A stretch of DNA of 32,922 bases from Bdellovibrionales bacterium (GCA_031370005.1 JANMPT010000051.1:1-32922); one strand, 5' to 3'; positions 19,427-29,540 are shown, counted from the first letter of the stretch. Translations and numbers: made by a program. The notes: generated from the sequence alone by a model not told the origin.

Positions 19427-20485
19427 ATGCGAGACGCCCCAGGGCTATTAAAGCCTATTCTTAATCAAGAAGTTAATTTTCCGCTTTGCTTGGCGCCGAT
19501 GGTGGGCTTGAGTCATGTTGCTTTGCGATTAACGGTGCGTGAATACATGCCCCACGGGGCGAAGACGATTTGGCCCACTGAAATGTTGAATTCCCGACGG
19601 CTTCCTAACGAGGATTTTAACATGACTCCCGAGACCATGCGGGCGACTCATGAGACCGAACTGGTGCCACAGATTCTCGGGAATGAAGAGAAGCCTATCA
19701 GTGAGAGTGTTAAAAAATTAATATATGAGTGGGGAGCTGAGGGCATTGATATTAATATGGGTTGCCCGGTGAAAAAAGCGCTTAAGCATAATTATGGCGT
19801 ATCGCTGATGGGTGATCCTGATTATGCCGCCCAAATTGTTGAGATGACTGTCAAAAATTCTACAGTGCCTGTGTCCGTGAAGCTTCGTGCTGAGAATGAT
19901 TTCAGTTATCTGCATAATTTTGTACAGGGGCTTAAAGACGCTGGAGCAAGTTGGGTTTGTCTTCATCCGAGAACTGCGGAACAAAAACGCCGTGGCGTCG
20001 CCGATTGGTCGCAGATTACAAAGCTCCGAGAGGCTGTTGATATTCCTCTCATTGGCAATGGAGACGTACAAACGGCAGAAGACGCACTAAGAATGCTTCG
20101 GGAAACTGGTTGTGATATGGCGATGGCCGGTCGTGCGCTGGCTGCTCGTCCTTGGATGATGTGGCAATTCGGCGAGATATTGGGTTTTCCTGCACCTGCA
20201 GGTCGTGAAGGTCAGCGAGCTCCTCAGGGATCACTTGAGGAGGGAGCGGAGTATGGCAGAGCCTTATTGTCATTGATAGAGCATAGTGGCCAGTATTTTT
20301 CCGAAGACTTAGCCATGCGCAAGATTCGTTTTCATGTGAGAACCACTGAGGCTTGGTTGGATTTTGGTCAGTCCCTAGTTGGGGTCTGCGCCAAGGCAAG
20401 AAACCTGCAGGATTTACAGATTTCGGTGAAGGAGTTTTTTCAAACTCCGATTGAGATGTGCGCTCGCACTGACTTACGCCAGTAA
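19427..20485 (+). CDS. tRNA-dihydrouridine synthase (DusB-like)
   Basis: LAPMVG, IDINMGCP, VSVKLR, LHPRT, IGNGDV, AGR; start uncertain (19376 or 19427). Confidence 0.9.
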   Translation: MRDAPGLLKPILNQEVNFPLCLAPMVGLSHVALRLTVREYMPHGAKTIWPTEMLNSRRLPNEDFNMTPETMRATHETELVPQILGNEEKPISESVKKLIYEWGAEGIDINMGCPVKKALKHNYGVSLMGDPDYAAQIVEMTVKNSTVPVSVKLRAENDFSYLHNFVQGLKDAGASWVCLHPRTAEQKRRGVADWSQITKLREAVDIPLIGNGDVQTAEDALRMLRETGCDMAMAGRALAARPWMMWQFGEILGFPAPAGREGQRAPQGSLEEGAEYGRALLSLIEHSGQYFSEDLAMRKIRFHVRTTEAWLDFGQSLVGVCAKARNLQDLQISVKEFFQTPIEMCARTDLRQ

Positions 20486-20740
20486 AAGAGCTTCAAGCTT
20501 GCCATCTTCATGAAGAGATTTCATATCAGTGTAGCCGCCGATCAAAGATCCATTGATCATGATCATAGGTACGGTTCTCCATCCGGTTTCATTTTTTAGA
20601 CGATCAATTTCATCCGGCTTGTCTGTCAAATCTATTTCTTCGTATTTGATTCCATGTTGGTCGAAAAAGTTAATCGCACGAACGCAGTATGGGCAAGGAT
20701 CCTTGGTGTAGATTACGACTTTTGCTGTTTGATTTTTCAT
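20474..20740 (-). CDS. grxC: Dithiol glutaredoxin
   Basis: CPYC, RTVPMI, IGGYTD. Confidence 0.9.
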   Translation of the reverse strand: MKNQTAKVVIYTKDPCPYCVRAINFFDQHGIKYEEIDLTDKPDEIDRLKNETGWRTVPMIMINGSLIGGYTDMKSLHEDGKLEALLLA

Positions 20741-20776
20741 AAATCACCTTAATCTTGGGTATTCAAAAGTACTGAA

Positions 20777-21739
20777 TTAGGAGCAAAAATATTCTAGTTG
20801 AGTGCGAAAATCCAGAGGTTTTCGTAGGACTTTGATTTGGTCAAAGATCACTTTGGCTTCAGGATTCGCTAACGATAGTGCCCTTAGCCACTGTTTGGTG
20901 CGGCTAATGGCGAAATACTCATTAATATGAAGAGTGCTGGCCTCAAAAAAACCCGGCAACAGGCTCTTGGTGTTTTGCCAGCAGATTTCGGTGGCGGTGT
21001 TCGTCAAAAGACTTTCGTGGATTTGCTTAAAGATAAAAGGGTTACTGAGAGCGCCACGGCCAATCATAAAGTCATTGCAAGCGGTGATTTCACGGCAGCG
21101 ATGAAAATCCGCAACATTCCAGATTTCGCCGTTAGCAATAATCGGAATTTTTGTGGTTTCACGCATTCGTGGAATCCACTCCCAATATGCAGGTGGTCTA
21201 TAGCCGTCTGTTTTGGTGCGGCAATGGACAGTGAGCCAAGTGGCTCCGGCCTCTTCAATTGCCTTTGCATTTTCGATACATGCGGACGGATCTTCAAAGC
21301 CCAAGCGAATTTTCGCTGTCACGGGAATGTGTGCAGGAACTGCCTTTCGCACTGTTTTGACAATAGAGTACAGGCGATCGCAGGACTTGAGTAAGGTGGC
21401 TCCGCCGTCGTGTCGGTTCACAGTTTTTGCTGGGCAACCAAAATTGAGATCAATACCCAATGCTCCAAGTTTTGCGGCGCGAAGGGCATTCATTGCTAAA
21501 GGCTCTGCCTGGCCCCCAAGAAGTTGCATAAATACGGGAGTGCCGTTGCGAGTGCGCGAAGTCGTTTTTAACTCAGGGCAATTGCGATAAATCACGGATT
21601 CTGGGTGAAGCTTGTCTGTGACGCGCAAAAACTCCGTCACAAATTGGTCGATGCCACCAATTTGCGAAAGGGTGTCCCGTAGGACCCAGTCAACAACGCC
21701 TTCCATGGGGGCTAAAAGTAAACGTACTTGAGATGACAA
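20777..21739 (-). CDS. dusC: tRNA-dihydrouridine synthase DusC-like
   Basis: LLAPMEGVVD, DLNFGCPAKTVN, TVHCRTKTDGYRPP, IANGEIW, TKQWL. Confidence 0.88.
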   Translation of the reverse strand: MSSQVRLLLAPMEGVVDWVLRDTLSQIGGIDQFVTEFLRVTDKLHPESVIYRNCPELKTTSRTRNGTPVFMQLLGGQAEPLAMNALRAAKLGALGIDLNFGCPAKTVNRHDGGATLLKSCDRLYSIVKTVRKAVPAHIPVTAKIRLGFEDPSACIENAKAIEEAGATWLTVHCRTKTDGYRPPAYWEWIPRMRETTKIPIIANGEIWNVADFHRCREITACNDFMIGRGALSNPFIFKQIHESLLTNTATEICWQNTKSLLPGFFEASTLHINEYFAISRTKQWLRALSLANPEAKVIFDQIKVLRKPLDFRTQLEYFCS

Positions 21740-22210
21740 TTACAGGCCTCCGAGTTGTTTAGCGAGCTTTTTAACGATGTCGAAGTGCTTTTTTTCAACT
21801 GGTTGTACCGATAAACGACTGCCTTTTTTAAGAACTAGCATATTTGCCAAGGAGCTTTGTCCGCGAAGATCTGCTAAGGAAACTACATGCTTAAATTTTT
21901 CTACATATTCGACTTGAACGCAGAACCACTGTGGCTTTTCCTTTGTTGCCCTCTCATCATAGTATTCTGATTTTTTGTCGAATTGGGTTTTGTCGGGTTG
22001 GGCGGCATGAGAGATTTTTGCGATCCCGGCAACGCCTGAAGGCTCAGCGTTAGAGTGATAAAATAAAACAAGATCGCCCTCTTTCATGTCCTTCATCATA
22101 AAATTGCGGGCCTGATAGTTGCGAACGCCTTCCCACCAAGTGGTTTTATCTTTACTGAGTTGCTCAATGGAGTAGGAGGCGGGCTCAGATTTCATCAACC
22201 AGTAGTTCAT
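21740..22210 (-). CDS. EVE domain protein
   Basis: MNYWLMKSEP..WEGVRNYQARNF..FYHSN..RLSVQPV. Confidence 0.93.
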   Translation of the reverse strand: MNYWLMKSEPASYSIEQLSKDKTTWWEGVRNYQARNFMMKDMKEGDLVLFYHSNAEPSGVAGIAKISHAAQPDKTQFDKKSEYYDERATKEKPQWFCVQVEYVEKFKHVVSLADLRGQSSLANMLVLKKGSRLSVQPVEKKHFDIVKKLAKQLGGL

Positions 22211-22236
22211 AGTGCCCCTCTCAAAGGATATTATGC

Positions 22237-22265
22237 GTTATATTGATTCGCGATGGTGATTTCAA
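22237..22265 (-). promoter_or_regulatory. Candidate sigma-70 promoter for EVE-dusC-grxC
   Basis: TTGAAA-N17-TATAAC on the minus strand. Confidence 0.4.
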
Positions 22266-22320
22266 GTAGAAAAAACTGTAAGTTCACTTCTCTAAGTAAA
22301 GATCACAGGAAAGATCACAA

Positions 22321-23097
22321 ATGCATACGAAATGGGCAATCATTACAGGGGCATCTGCGGGTATTGGCTGGGCCACGGCCGAAGAGCTTGCTCATGCAGG
22401 TTATTCTTTAATTTTGATTGGCCGCAGAGGTGATAGACTCAAAGAGCTCAGAGACCGCTTAGTGAAAAAATCTTTTCATCATGAGAGGATTCAGGAATTC
22501 AAAACTCTTCAGCTAGATATAACTAAAAAGTCCGAAATTGATGATTTTGTTCAATCAGAGGGAGCTTCCTTAGAAAAGCTTGTATTGCTTGTGAATAATG
22601 CAGGTCTTGCAAAAGGCACTGAAAAAATTCAAGATGCTCAGATTTCTGACTGGGATGTGATGATTGATACCAATATCAAAGGCCTTCTTTATTTAACTCG
22701 CGCGGTTTTGCCTTATATGGTGAAAAATAAATCAGGGCATATCGTGAATATCGGCTCCGTGGCAGGTCGTTTAGTTTACCCAGGGGGCGCGGTCTATTGT
22801 GCAACTAAGTTTGCGGTACGTGCGATCTCTGAGGGGCTTCGCATGGATCTTGCTGGTAGCAATATCCGTATTACCAATATAGAGCCGGGTATGGTGAATA
22901 GTGAATTTTCCTTGGTCAGGCTTGAGGATAAAGAAAAAGCTGACAAAGTTTATGAGGGGATGGCTCCTCTCAGTCCCAAAGACATTGCAGAGACAATTCT
23001 GTGGTGCGTACAAAGGCCGCCTCATGTAAACATTCAAGAACTAATGATTTATCCAACAGATCAAGCCAGTGTTGGCCAAGTAGTAAGGAAACAATAA
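22321..23097 (+). CDS. NADP-dependent short-chain dehydrogenase (YdfG-like)
   Basis: [27 protein letters not shown]. Confidence 0.9.
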   Translation: MHTKWAIITGASAGIGWATAEELAHAGYSLILIGRRGDRLKELRDRLVKKSFHHERIQEFKTLQLDITKKSEIDDFVQSEGASLEKLVLLVNNAGLAKGTEKIQDAQISDWDVMIDTNIKGLLYLTRAVLPYMVKNKSGHIVNIGSVAGRLVYPGGAVYCATKFAVRAISEGLRMDLAGSNIRITNIEPGMVNSEFSLVRLEDKEKADKVYEGMAPLSPKDIAETILWCVQRPPHVNIQELMIYPTDQASVGQVVRKQ

Positions 23098-24488
23098 TGG
23101 ATTTCAGAATTGAAAAAGACACTATGGGAGAAGTTAAAGTTCCCTCTGACAAATTCTGGGGAGCTCAAACTCAACGTTCTCGTGAGAATTTCAAAATCGG
23201 CGGCGATAAGTTTCCCCGTGAAATGATCAAAGCTTTGGGCGTTCTTAAAAAGTGTGCTGCTTTGGCGAATACCAAACTGGGTCTATTAGATTCAAAGAAA
23301 TCTGAGTTCATTGTCAAAGCTGCGGATGAAGTGATTGCAGGAAAACTCGATGAGCATTTTCCCCTTGTAGTTTGGCAAACAGGCTCTGGCACTCAAACCA
23401 ATATGAATGCCAATGAGGTTATCGCCAACCGTGCGATGGACATGCAGGGGCTTACACTTCCGAATAAAGAAATTCATCCCAACGATGACGTGAATAAAGG
23501 TCAGTCGTCCAATGACACTTTTCCTACGGCGATGCACATTGCGGTTGCGGATCAAATATACAGCCGCCTATTGCCAATGCTAGAAAAGCTTCACCATGCA
23601 CTTTTAAAAAAACAAGATGAATTTAAAGATATTGTGAAAATCGGACGTACTCACTTGATGGATGCAACTCCTTTGACTTTGGGACAGGAGTTTTCGGGCT
23701 ATGCAACCCAACTCAAATACTCAATTCAAAGAGTAAAAAACACTTTGCCGCATCTACATCAGTTGGCTTTGGGTGGGACTGCGGTGGGAACAGGTTTGAA
23801 CACTCACATCCAATTCCCTGTAGAGGCCGCGAAAGTGATCGCTGCTGAAATGAAGATTCCTTTTGTAACGGCAGAAAATAAATTCGAGGCCTTAGCAGCC
23901 CATGATGCTTTAGTTGAGGTCAGTGGGTCCTTAAACATGATAGCCGTATCTTTGATGAAAGTGGCAAATGACATTCGCTTATTGGGCTCGGGACCACGCT
24001 GCGGGATTGGTGAGTTGAGTCTTCCAGAGAACGAGCCGGGCTCCTCCATCATGCCTGGGAAAGTGAATCCAACTCAGTCAGAAGCTATGACTATGGTCTG
24101 TGCTCAAGTGATGGGAAACAACGTGGCGGTGAGCATCGGCGGTTCTAACGGTCACTTTGAGCTGAATGTTTTTAAACCTGTGATTGTTTTCAATGTCCTG
24201 AATTCAATTCGTCTAATTTCCGACGCGTGCGAGTCATTTACAGACCATTGTGTATTGGGTATCGAGGCCAATCGCCAGCAAATTAAAAGACATTTGGACA
24301 ATTCGTTGATGCTGGTAACAGCACTAAATCCGCATATTGGTTATGACAATGCTGCCAAGATTGCAAAGACAGCTCATAAAAATGGCACTACATTGAAGGA
24401 GGAAGCAGTCAAGTTAGGACTCCTTTCTGCTGAACAATTTGATAAGCTAGTCAAACCACAGGATATGGTTCATCCGCTCGGCAAGTAG
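23097..24488 (+). CDS. fumC: Class II fumarate hydratase
   Basis: Start ATG 23097 (TAATG overlap), [38 protein letters not shown]. Confidence 0.97.
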   Translation: MDFRIEKDTMGEVKVPSDKFWGAQTQRSRENFKIGGDKFPREMIKALGVLKKCAALANTKLGLLDSKKSEFIVKAADEVIAGKLDEHFPLVVWQTGSGTQTNMNANEVIANRAMDMQGLTLPNKEIHPNDDVNKGQSSNDTFPTAMHIAVADQIYSRLLPMLEKLHHALLKKQDEFKDIVKIGRTHLMDATPLTLGQEFSGYATQLKYSIQRVKNTLPHLHQLALGGTAVGTGLNTHIQFPVEAAKVIAAEMKIPFVTAENKFEALAAHDALVEVSGSLNMIAVSLMKVANDIRLLGSGPRCGIGELSLPENEPGSSIMPGKVNPTQSEAMTMVCAQVMGNNVAVSIGGSNGHFELNVFKPVIVFNVLNSIRLISDACESFTDHCVLGIEANRQQIKRHLDNSLMLVTALNPHIGYDNAAKIAKTAHKNGTTLKEEAVKLGLLSAEQFDKLVKPQDMVHPLGK

Positions 24489-24496
24489 GAGATATA

Positions 24497-25447
24497 TTGG
24501 CAAAACTTAATCCGCTATTAAAAAAAGCGAATTGGATAGAGTCTGAAGACATCAGGCCTTATGTTTTTGTTCGTCCCGAGAATCAAATTGCACATCCGGG
24601 GACTCGCCATAAACTGGACTGGTTCAGTCAAGGTTCTATATACAAAGACCCCTTGGACATTGCGGAAGTCAATTTTGCCGATCGCATTTACTCCATCGAA
24701 GAGCGAGCCTTCGGACCTTCGAATATGGCCATGCCTCGTTGGGTATTTTATGATTGCGCTGTGATGCCAGGCTTTGTCGCTGGTTTTGCAGCAAAGCCCT
24801 CTGCGCTCAAAAAGGAAGTTCGTGATATTTTAGACCCAGTCAAGTTTCCGGCAACGAGTTCCCCGATTTTTAAAAGTAATCTGCCTGAAGCTCGATCTTT
24901 AATTGCGAAATCTTTGGACGAGATGGATTGGATTCCGCTTTCGCTTTTTATTATTATTCCAACTATGCACAAAGGGGAGTGGGTGGCCCACAATCTTTGT
25001 TCTATGAATTCATTGCTATCGAAAGAACATCAATTTTACGGATTAGGCTTCCTTTCCAAGGCCTTTGGCCTTTGGTATGCCAATGTGGAGCAGTGCTCAG
25101 GCATGACTCAGTGGGGAAGCCCTGCCTTGAAGCTGCACAGCCATTTTGGACATCTTGAAGTGGTGGGCTCTTATGCTCCAGTGCATTCTCACGCTAAAAC
25201 AATTACTTATCGCGCTCAAGTAAATACCAATTGTTGGGAGCAGTTTTTTTCGAAAGAACAAGACCTTGCCTTTCTTGAGAACTATCAGCCAAGTGATTCG
25301 AAAATTGACCCGAAGAATGAGCAGAGCATGATTGATCTGCAAAAAAAAATCGAGAAGGAAGAAGGTCCCTTCTACCTTAACGCTATGGAAATTGCTGCTA
25401 AGAATTTGGATGAATCTTTAACCATCTATAAACCAAAGGGATACTAA
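24497..25447 (+). CDS. Hypothetical protein, possibly GNAT-fold
   Basis: 316 aa, AGGAG RBS before TTG; HQFYGLG and QWGSPALKLHSHFG resemble GNAT motifs A and B. Confidence 0.7.
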   Translation: MAKLNPLLKKANWIESEDIRPYVFVRPENQIAHPGTRHKLDWFSQGSIYKDPLDIAEVNFADRIYSIEERAFGPSNMAMPRWVFYDCAVMPGFVAGFAAKPSALKKEVRDILDPVKFPATSSPIFKSNLPEARSLIAKSLDEMDWIPLSLFIIIPTMHKGEWVAHNLCSMNSLLSKEHQFYGLGFLSKAFGLWYANVEQCSGMTQWGSPALKLHSHFGHLEVVGSYAPVHSHAKTITYRAQVNTNCWEQFFSKEQDLAFLENYQPSDSKIDPKNEQSMIDLQKKIEKEEGPFYLNAMEIAAKNLDESLTIYKPKGY

Positions 25448-25448
25448 G

Positions 25449-25889
25449 ATGCCAGTAAACCAACTGCCCCCAGTCGCGAAATCATTTTTTACTTTTTGCA
25501 AAAAATGCGATTCTGATCGTTACCACACAGTGTTGGCACATACGACTTCGAAAACTGCGAAAATTAAATGTGAAGTTTGCGGCAGTCAAAAATCCTACTC
25601 CTTGCCTAAGGTAGCAAGCTCTGTAGCTGGAAAAGCAAAAGTGACTCGCCCACGTGGCGCAAAGTCTGAAACAGCTCGCAGATCCTCGCATATTGCGGAG
25701 TATGAACTGCTTTTGTCGACCCACGAGAAAGCAAGCCCCGCTTCCTACAGTATCAAAGAAAAATTTGCGATGAATCAAAAAATTGAGCATCCAAAGTTTG
25801 GCCTTGGGGTCGTTCGTGATGTGCAGCAAGAAAAAATTGAAGTTATTTTTTCTGACGAAGTTCGCAATCTCGTACACAACCGCCAGTAA
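25449..25889 (+). CDS. Zn-ribbon protein with C-terminal UvrD/PcrA-CTD-like (Tudor-like) domain
   Basis: CKKC..CEVC, basic linker, FAMNQKIEHPKFGLGVV..IEVIFSDEVRNLVH. Confidence 0.75.
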   Translation: MPVNQLPPVAKSFFTFCKKCDSDRYHTVLAHTTSKTAKIKCEVCGSQKSYSLPKVASSVAGKAKVTRPRGAKSETARRSSHIAEYELLLSTHEKASPASYSIKEKFAMNQKIEHPKFGLGVVRDVQQEKIEVIFSDEVRNLVHNRQ

Positions 25890-27910
25890 TGAGTTTATGG
25901 ACGAAGGGTCTCAATCCTGAGCAGATCAAAGCCGTTAATCACGATTATGGTCCACTGCTTATTCTGGCTGGCGCTGGCTCTGGAAAAACCACTGTTCTTG
26001 TTTCAAGGACAGGCCGTCTAATCGCCGACCAAATCGCGAACGCGGATGAGATTTGTGTTCTGACTTTTACAAATAAAGCTGCTAAAGAACTCAAACACCG
26101 CGTGACAAAAAAGGTGGGGTCCCAGATACAAAAGGGCCTCTGGGCTGGAACTTTTCACTCCTTTGGCCTGCAAATACTTCGCCGCTTTCACAAGCAAGCG
26201 GGTCTAAGTCCTTACTTTGGGATTGTGGATCAGAGCGATTGCAATTCCATCATCAAAGAGTTGATGAAGGATTTGAAGAATTCAGGCAAAGACAAATATG
26301 ATGTAGATAAGCTTCTCAATATGATCAATGAGCGACGTACAGGCATGGCTCCAAAGACTGAAGCCTTTGATGAGTACCATGAGATGGTCGAAGTACTTAC
26401 TCCCAAATTTAAAAAAAAATTAGAACTTCTTGGAGTGGTGGATTTCGAGGGGCTTTTAATTAAACCATTGGAAGTCTTTAAAGAACACCCTGAGGCTCTG
26501 GAGAAAATTCAAAACTCCTTTACACAAGTGATGGTAGATGAGTTCCAAGATACCAATCGGCTGCAAATGGAGTTAATTCACCAGATTGTGAAGACTCATC
26601 ACAATATCACCGTCGTGGGTGATGACGACCAGTCCATCTATGGCTGGCGTGGAGCAGAAGTAAAAAATATTTTGAATTTTCCGAAGGAATTTAAAAGTTG
26701 CGAAGTGATTAAGCTCGAACACAACTATCGTTCAAGTCAGGAGATTCTAGCCGTGGCAAATGCGGCGATTGCTCAGAATAAAAATCGTCACGGCAAAGTT
26801 CTGCGTTCGGATATTGCATCTATAACCGGAGATTTGCCTGAGGTTTTCGTTCTTGAGCGCGAAGAGGACGAGTGTGATTTTGTAGTGAGTGAAGTTCAGC
26901 ACTTTATGCGTCAAGGTTATACCTATAAGGACTTTGCCGTGCTTTATCGTTCGAACACTCAAGGAGGCTTGATTGAGAGCTCCCTACGTCGCGCAAATAT
27001 TCCTTATACAATCACAGGTGGCACTTCGATTTTTGACCGCAAAGAAGTCAAAGATGTCATGTCCTACTTAAAACAAGCCTTGGCCCCGAACGAAGTCTCG
27101 CTTCGCCGCATTATTAATGTGCCAACCCGGGGGGTTGGTGACAGCACAATTGAGAAGCTTTCGGAGTACTCACTGGAGCACAAAATTAACTTTGTGGATG
27201 CTTGCCAGCAATGGCGAAAGACCGGAATCGCGGAGAAAACTGGCGAGTCCATTGAGCAATTATTGAACTTTTGTCACACGCTTCCCGCACGGATTTTAGA
27301 TTACAAAGAGGGCTCGAGTCCCGGCGCCCATTTCGTTGAAATCATGCAAGAGCTTGGTTATCGTCAATTTATCTATAATGGAGTCGGAGACCCAGTAGCT
27401 GCTGAAAAAAAATGGCAAGTCGTCGAAATCGTGGGGCGCATTTTGGATGCATACCTAGGACGTCGCAGCTATGAGATTGAGAGTATTAAATCATTTATCG
27501 ATGCAATGATGCTTCGGGATGATGTGAACGAGGAAGACAGCAGCCAGAATAAAATGCAGTTAATGACCCTGCACGCCAGCAAGGGCTTGGAGTTTCCAGT
27601 TGTGATTTTGGCGGGGCTAGAAGAGGATCTCTTACCGCATAGGACACTGGGTTCTGACATTGATGAAGAGCGTAGATTGTTTTATGTGGGCGTAACTCGA
27701 GCAAAGAAACACCTCGTAATATCTCGTTGTGAGCAGCGCAAACGTCATGGAGTGATTCGTCCTGTGGCGCCCTCTAGATTTCTTCTCGAGATTGCGCAAA
27801 AACTCTATAAGAAGTATCCTGCCGGGGCTCGTCCTGTATCAGGACAAGAGCGAGAAGACCTTGTCTCTAGTTTTTTAAAGGGTCTAGAGAACAAAACACA
27901 AAGTAAATAA
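25889..27910 (+). CDS. SF1A DNA helicase, Rep/UvrD family (Rep-like C-terminus)
   Basis: LAGAGSGKT, TFTNKAA, VDEFQDTN, VGDDDQSIYGWRGA, LEHNYRS, TLHASKGLEF, EERRLFYVGVTRA, PSRFL. Confidence 0.95.
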   Translation: MSLWTKGLNPEQIKAVNHDYGPLLILAGAGSGKTTVLVSRTGRLIADQIANADEICVLTFTNKAAKELKHRVTKKVGSQIQKGLWAGTFHSFGLQILRRFHKQAGLSPYFGIVDQSDCNSIIKELMKDLKNSGKDKYDVDKLLNMINERRTGMAPKTEAFDEYHEMVEVLTPKFKKKLELLGVVDFEGLLIKPLEVFKEHPEALEKIQNSFTQVMVDEFQDTNRLQMELIHQIVKTHHNITVVGDDDQSIYGWRGAEVKNILNFPKEFKSCEVIKLEHNYRSSQEILAVANAAIAQNKNRHGKVLRSDIASITGDLPEVFVLEREEDECDFVVSEVQHFMRQGYTYKDFAVLYRSNTQGGLIESSLRRANIPYTITGGTSIFDRKEVKDVMSYLKQALAPNEVSLRRIINVPTRGVGDSTIEKLSEYSLEHKINFVDACQQWRKTGIAEKTGESIEQLLNFCHTLPARILDYKEGSSPGAHFVEIMQELGYRQFIYNGVGDPVAAEKKWQVVEIVGRILDAYLGRRSYEIESIKSFIDAMMLRDDVNEEDSSQNKMQLMTLHASKGLEFPVVILAGLEEDLLPHRTLGSDIDEERRLFYVGVTRAKKHLVISRCEQRKRHGVIRPVAPSRFLLEIAQKLYKKYPAGARPVSGQEREDLVSSFLKGLENKTQSK

Positions 27911-27997
27911 ACACTGCCTTGACTTAAAGACGTCCTCGCGGTGGGATTAGCTTCAAAGTTTGCTTCAAGATTGAAAATGATAATCAAGGAGAACCCC

Positions 27998-28780
27998 TTG
28001 GCAAGAGCTAAAAAAATCTGTTCTCACAAAGTGATCTCGGTGCAAATGCTGAAGGGCGGGGTCGCAAAGACAACTTCAGCTTTAAATATCGGTCTTGGCG
28101 CCGCACACTACAATGCGCGGGTTCTTTTTATCGACATGGACCAGCAAGCTAATCTGACCTTTGCGCTAGGTGTGAGCCCTGAAGAGGCTGAAGAAAAATC
28201 AGTGTGGCTCGATATTGTAGAGAAGAAAGTCACTATCCAAGACTGCATCCTAAAGCTCACAGACAAGATTGATTTGATTCCATCGAATCTCAATAATTCT
28301 GTATTGGATCGAGTGCTTCTAAATTCAAATCGCAATTGGGCCCAGGCCGTTAAAAACCCCCTTGAACAAATTCGGAAGAATTATGACATTATTCTGATTG
28401 ATACCGCTCCGGCACTGAGCGCAGTCAATACAGCCGTGACCGTGGCCTCTGATACTGTGATTTTGCCAGTGAACCCCGATCGGTTCTCTTATATGGGGCT
28501 GGAGAAACACCTTAAAGAACTCGGTGAAATTAAGAAGGACTTTGACCTTGATTTCACGGAGAAGATTCTTTTCACTAAATTTGACGGTCGCGAGAAGGCC
28601 AGTCATGAGCTTTTACAAAAATGTATGGATTCCTTTGAGAATTTACTAATGAAGAGCTATATAAGAACTTCTACGGAAGTGAAAAACACCATTGGCACAG
28701 GAAAGACAATCTATCAGACGAAGTCCAATGCCCGTGAAGATTATGATTTAATTACTCGTGAAGTTTTAGAAATGCTATAA
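27998..28780 (+). CDS. Orphan ParA/Soj-family ATPase
   Basis: Deviant Walker A KGGVAKTT, IDMDQQANLT, DLIPS, ILIDTAP; TTG 27998 follows AAGGAG (ORF is open from 27941). Confidence 0.9.
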   Translation: MARAKKICSHKVISVQMLKGGVAKTTSALNIGLGAAHYNARVLFIDMDQQANLTFALGVSPEEAEEKSVWLDIVEKKVTIQDCILKLTDKIDLIPSNLNNSVLDRVLLNSNRNWAQAVKNPLEQIRKNYDIILIDTAPALSAVNTAVTVASDTVILPVNPDRFSYMGLEKHLKELGEIKKDFDLDFTEKILFTKFDGREKASHELLQKCMDSFENLLMKSYIRTSTEVKNTIGTGKTIYQTKSNAREDYDLITREVLEML

Positions 28781-28791
28781 AGAGGCCAACA

Positions 28792-29187
28792 ATGCCAACT
28801 ATTAAAGACTACAAACCAAAAAATAAAAACGTTCGCAGGCGCCCACATCATGAGGAGACTCCAATTGCTGAGTCAGCGTCTTCCGAGTCAACACCTTCCG
28901 AGCCAACAGCTCCAGAGCGGAAAAAAATTCATATTGAGTTTCCCTACAGTGAGACTGTGCGGACCAAGGTTCCAAAAGTCTTTGAGGTTGCGGAGAGTGT
29001 GGCCGAAGAGTGGGTGAATGACGGTAACTTCGAAAATGTTCCTGTGGGTCATCCGTTGGCGCAGATCACTGTGGCGGCGGGCTTGCGTAAAGCCAAAGAA
29101 ATAGAGAAAAAACTCGAAGAAAAGGGAGTTTTCACCATGGCCAAAATGGGTCTTGAGTATGCAAAATCAAAACTCAATAAGAAGTAA
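28792..29187 (+). CDS. Hypothetical protein with basic N-terminus and helical C-terminus
   Basis: 131-aa ORF with GAGG RBS, tightly packed between parA and bolA. Confidence 0.8.
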   Translation: MPTIKDYKPKNKNVRRRPHHEETPIAESASSESTPSEPTAPERKKIHIEFPYSETVRTKVPKVFEVAESVAEEWVNDGNFENVPVGHPLAQITVAAGLRKAKEIEKKLEEKGVFTMAKMGLEYAKSKLNKK

Positions 29188-29188
29188 T

Positions 29189-29509
29189 ATGGGACCCATC
29201 GAGGCGGCACTTCGTGAAAATATCGAAAAGACTTTCAATCCGAAGTATTACGAGCTTGAAAATGAAAGCCACATGCATTCGGTTCCTATGAACTCTGAAA
29301 CACATTTTCGGCTTCTGGTGGTTTCAGTGGCCTTCGAGGGCAAGTCTCGTATTGATCGAAGTCGTATGGTTAATGATCTGATGAAGCCCCTGATGGTTAA
29401 TGGCCTTCACGCCCTTTCACAGCGAACGATGACTCCGGTAGAGTGGGCTAAAATCAAAGATAGCTTTGTGATGGTGTCCCCTAAGTGTCAGGGTGGATCT
29501 GATCTTTGA
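29189..29509 (+). CDS. bolA: BolA family protein
   Basis: LENESHMHSV..SETHFRLLVVS.AFEGKSRIDR..GLHAL; start at ATG 29189. Confidence 0.92.
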   Translation: MGPIEAALRENIEKTFNPKYYELENESHMHSVPMNSETHFRLLVVSVAFEGKSRIDRSRMVNDLMKPLMVNGLHALSQRTMTPVEWAKIKDSFVMVSPKCQGGSDL

Positions 29510-29540
29510 CAATTTTTAAATATACTAAAGGAGCTTAGAG

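Noticed and set aside
22298..22319. AAAGATCACA direct repeat before the SDR gene
   Set aside because: Only two 10-nt copies overlapping the RBS region; insufficient to call an operator
28880..28910. 15-nt tandem repeat in the ParA-adjacent gene
   Set aside because: In-frame duplication in a low-complexity linker; no array structure
29506..29527. TTGACA and TATACT hexamers before ettA
   Set aside because: Spacer is about 9 nt, too short for sigma-70
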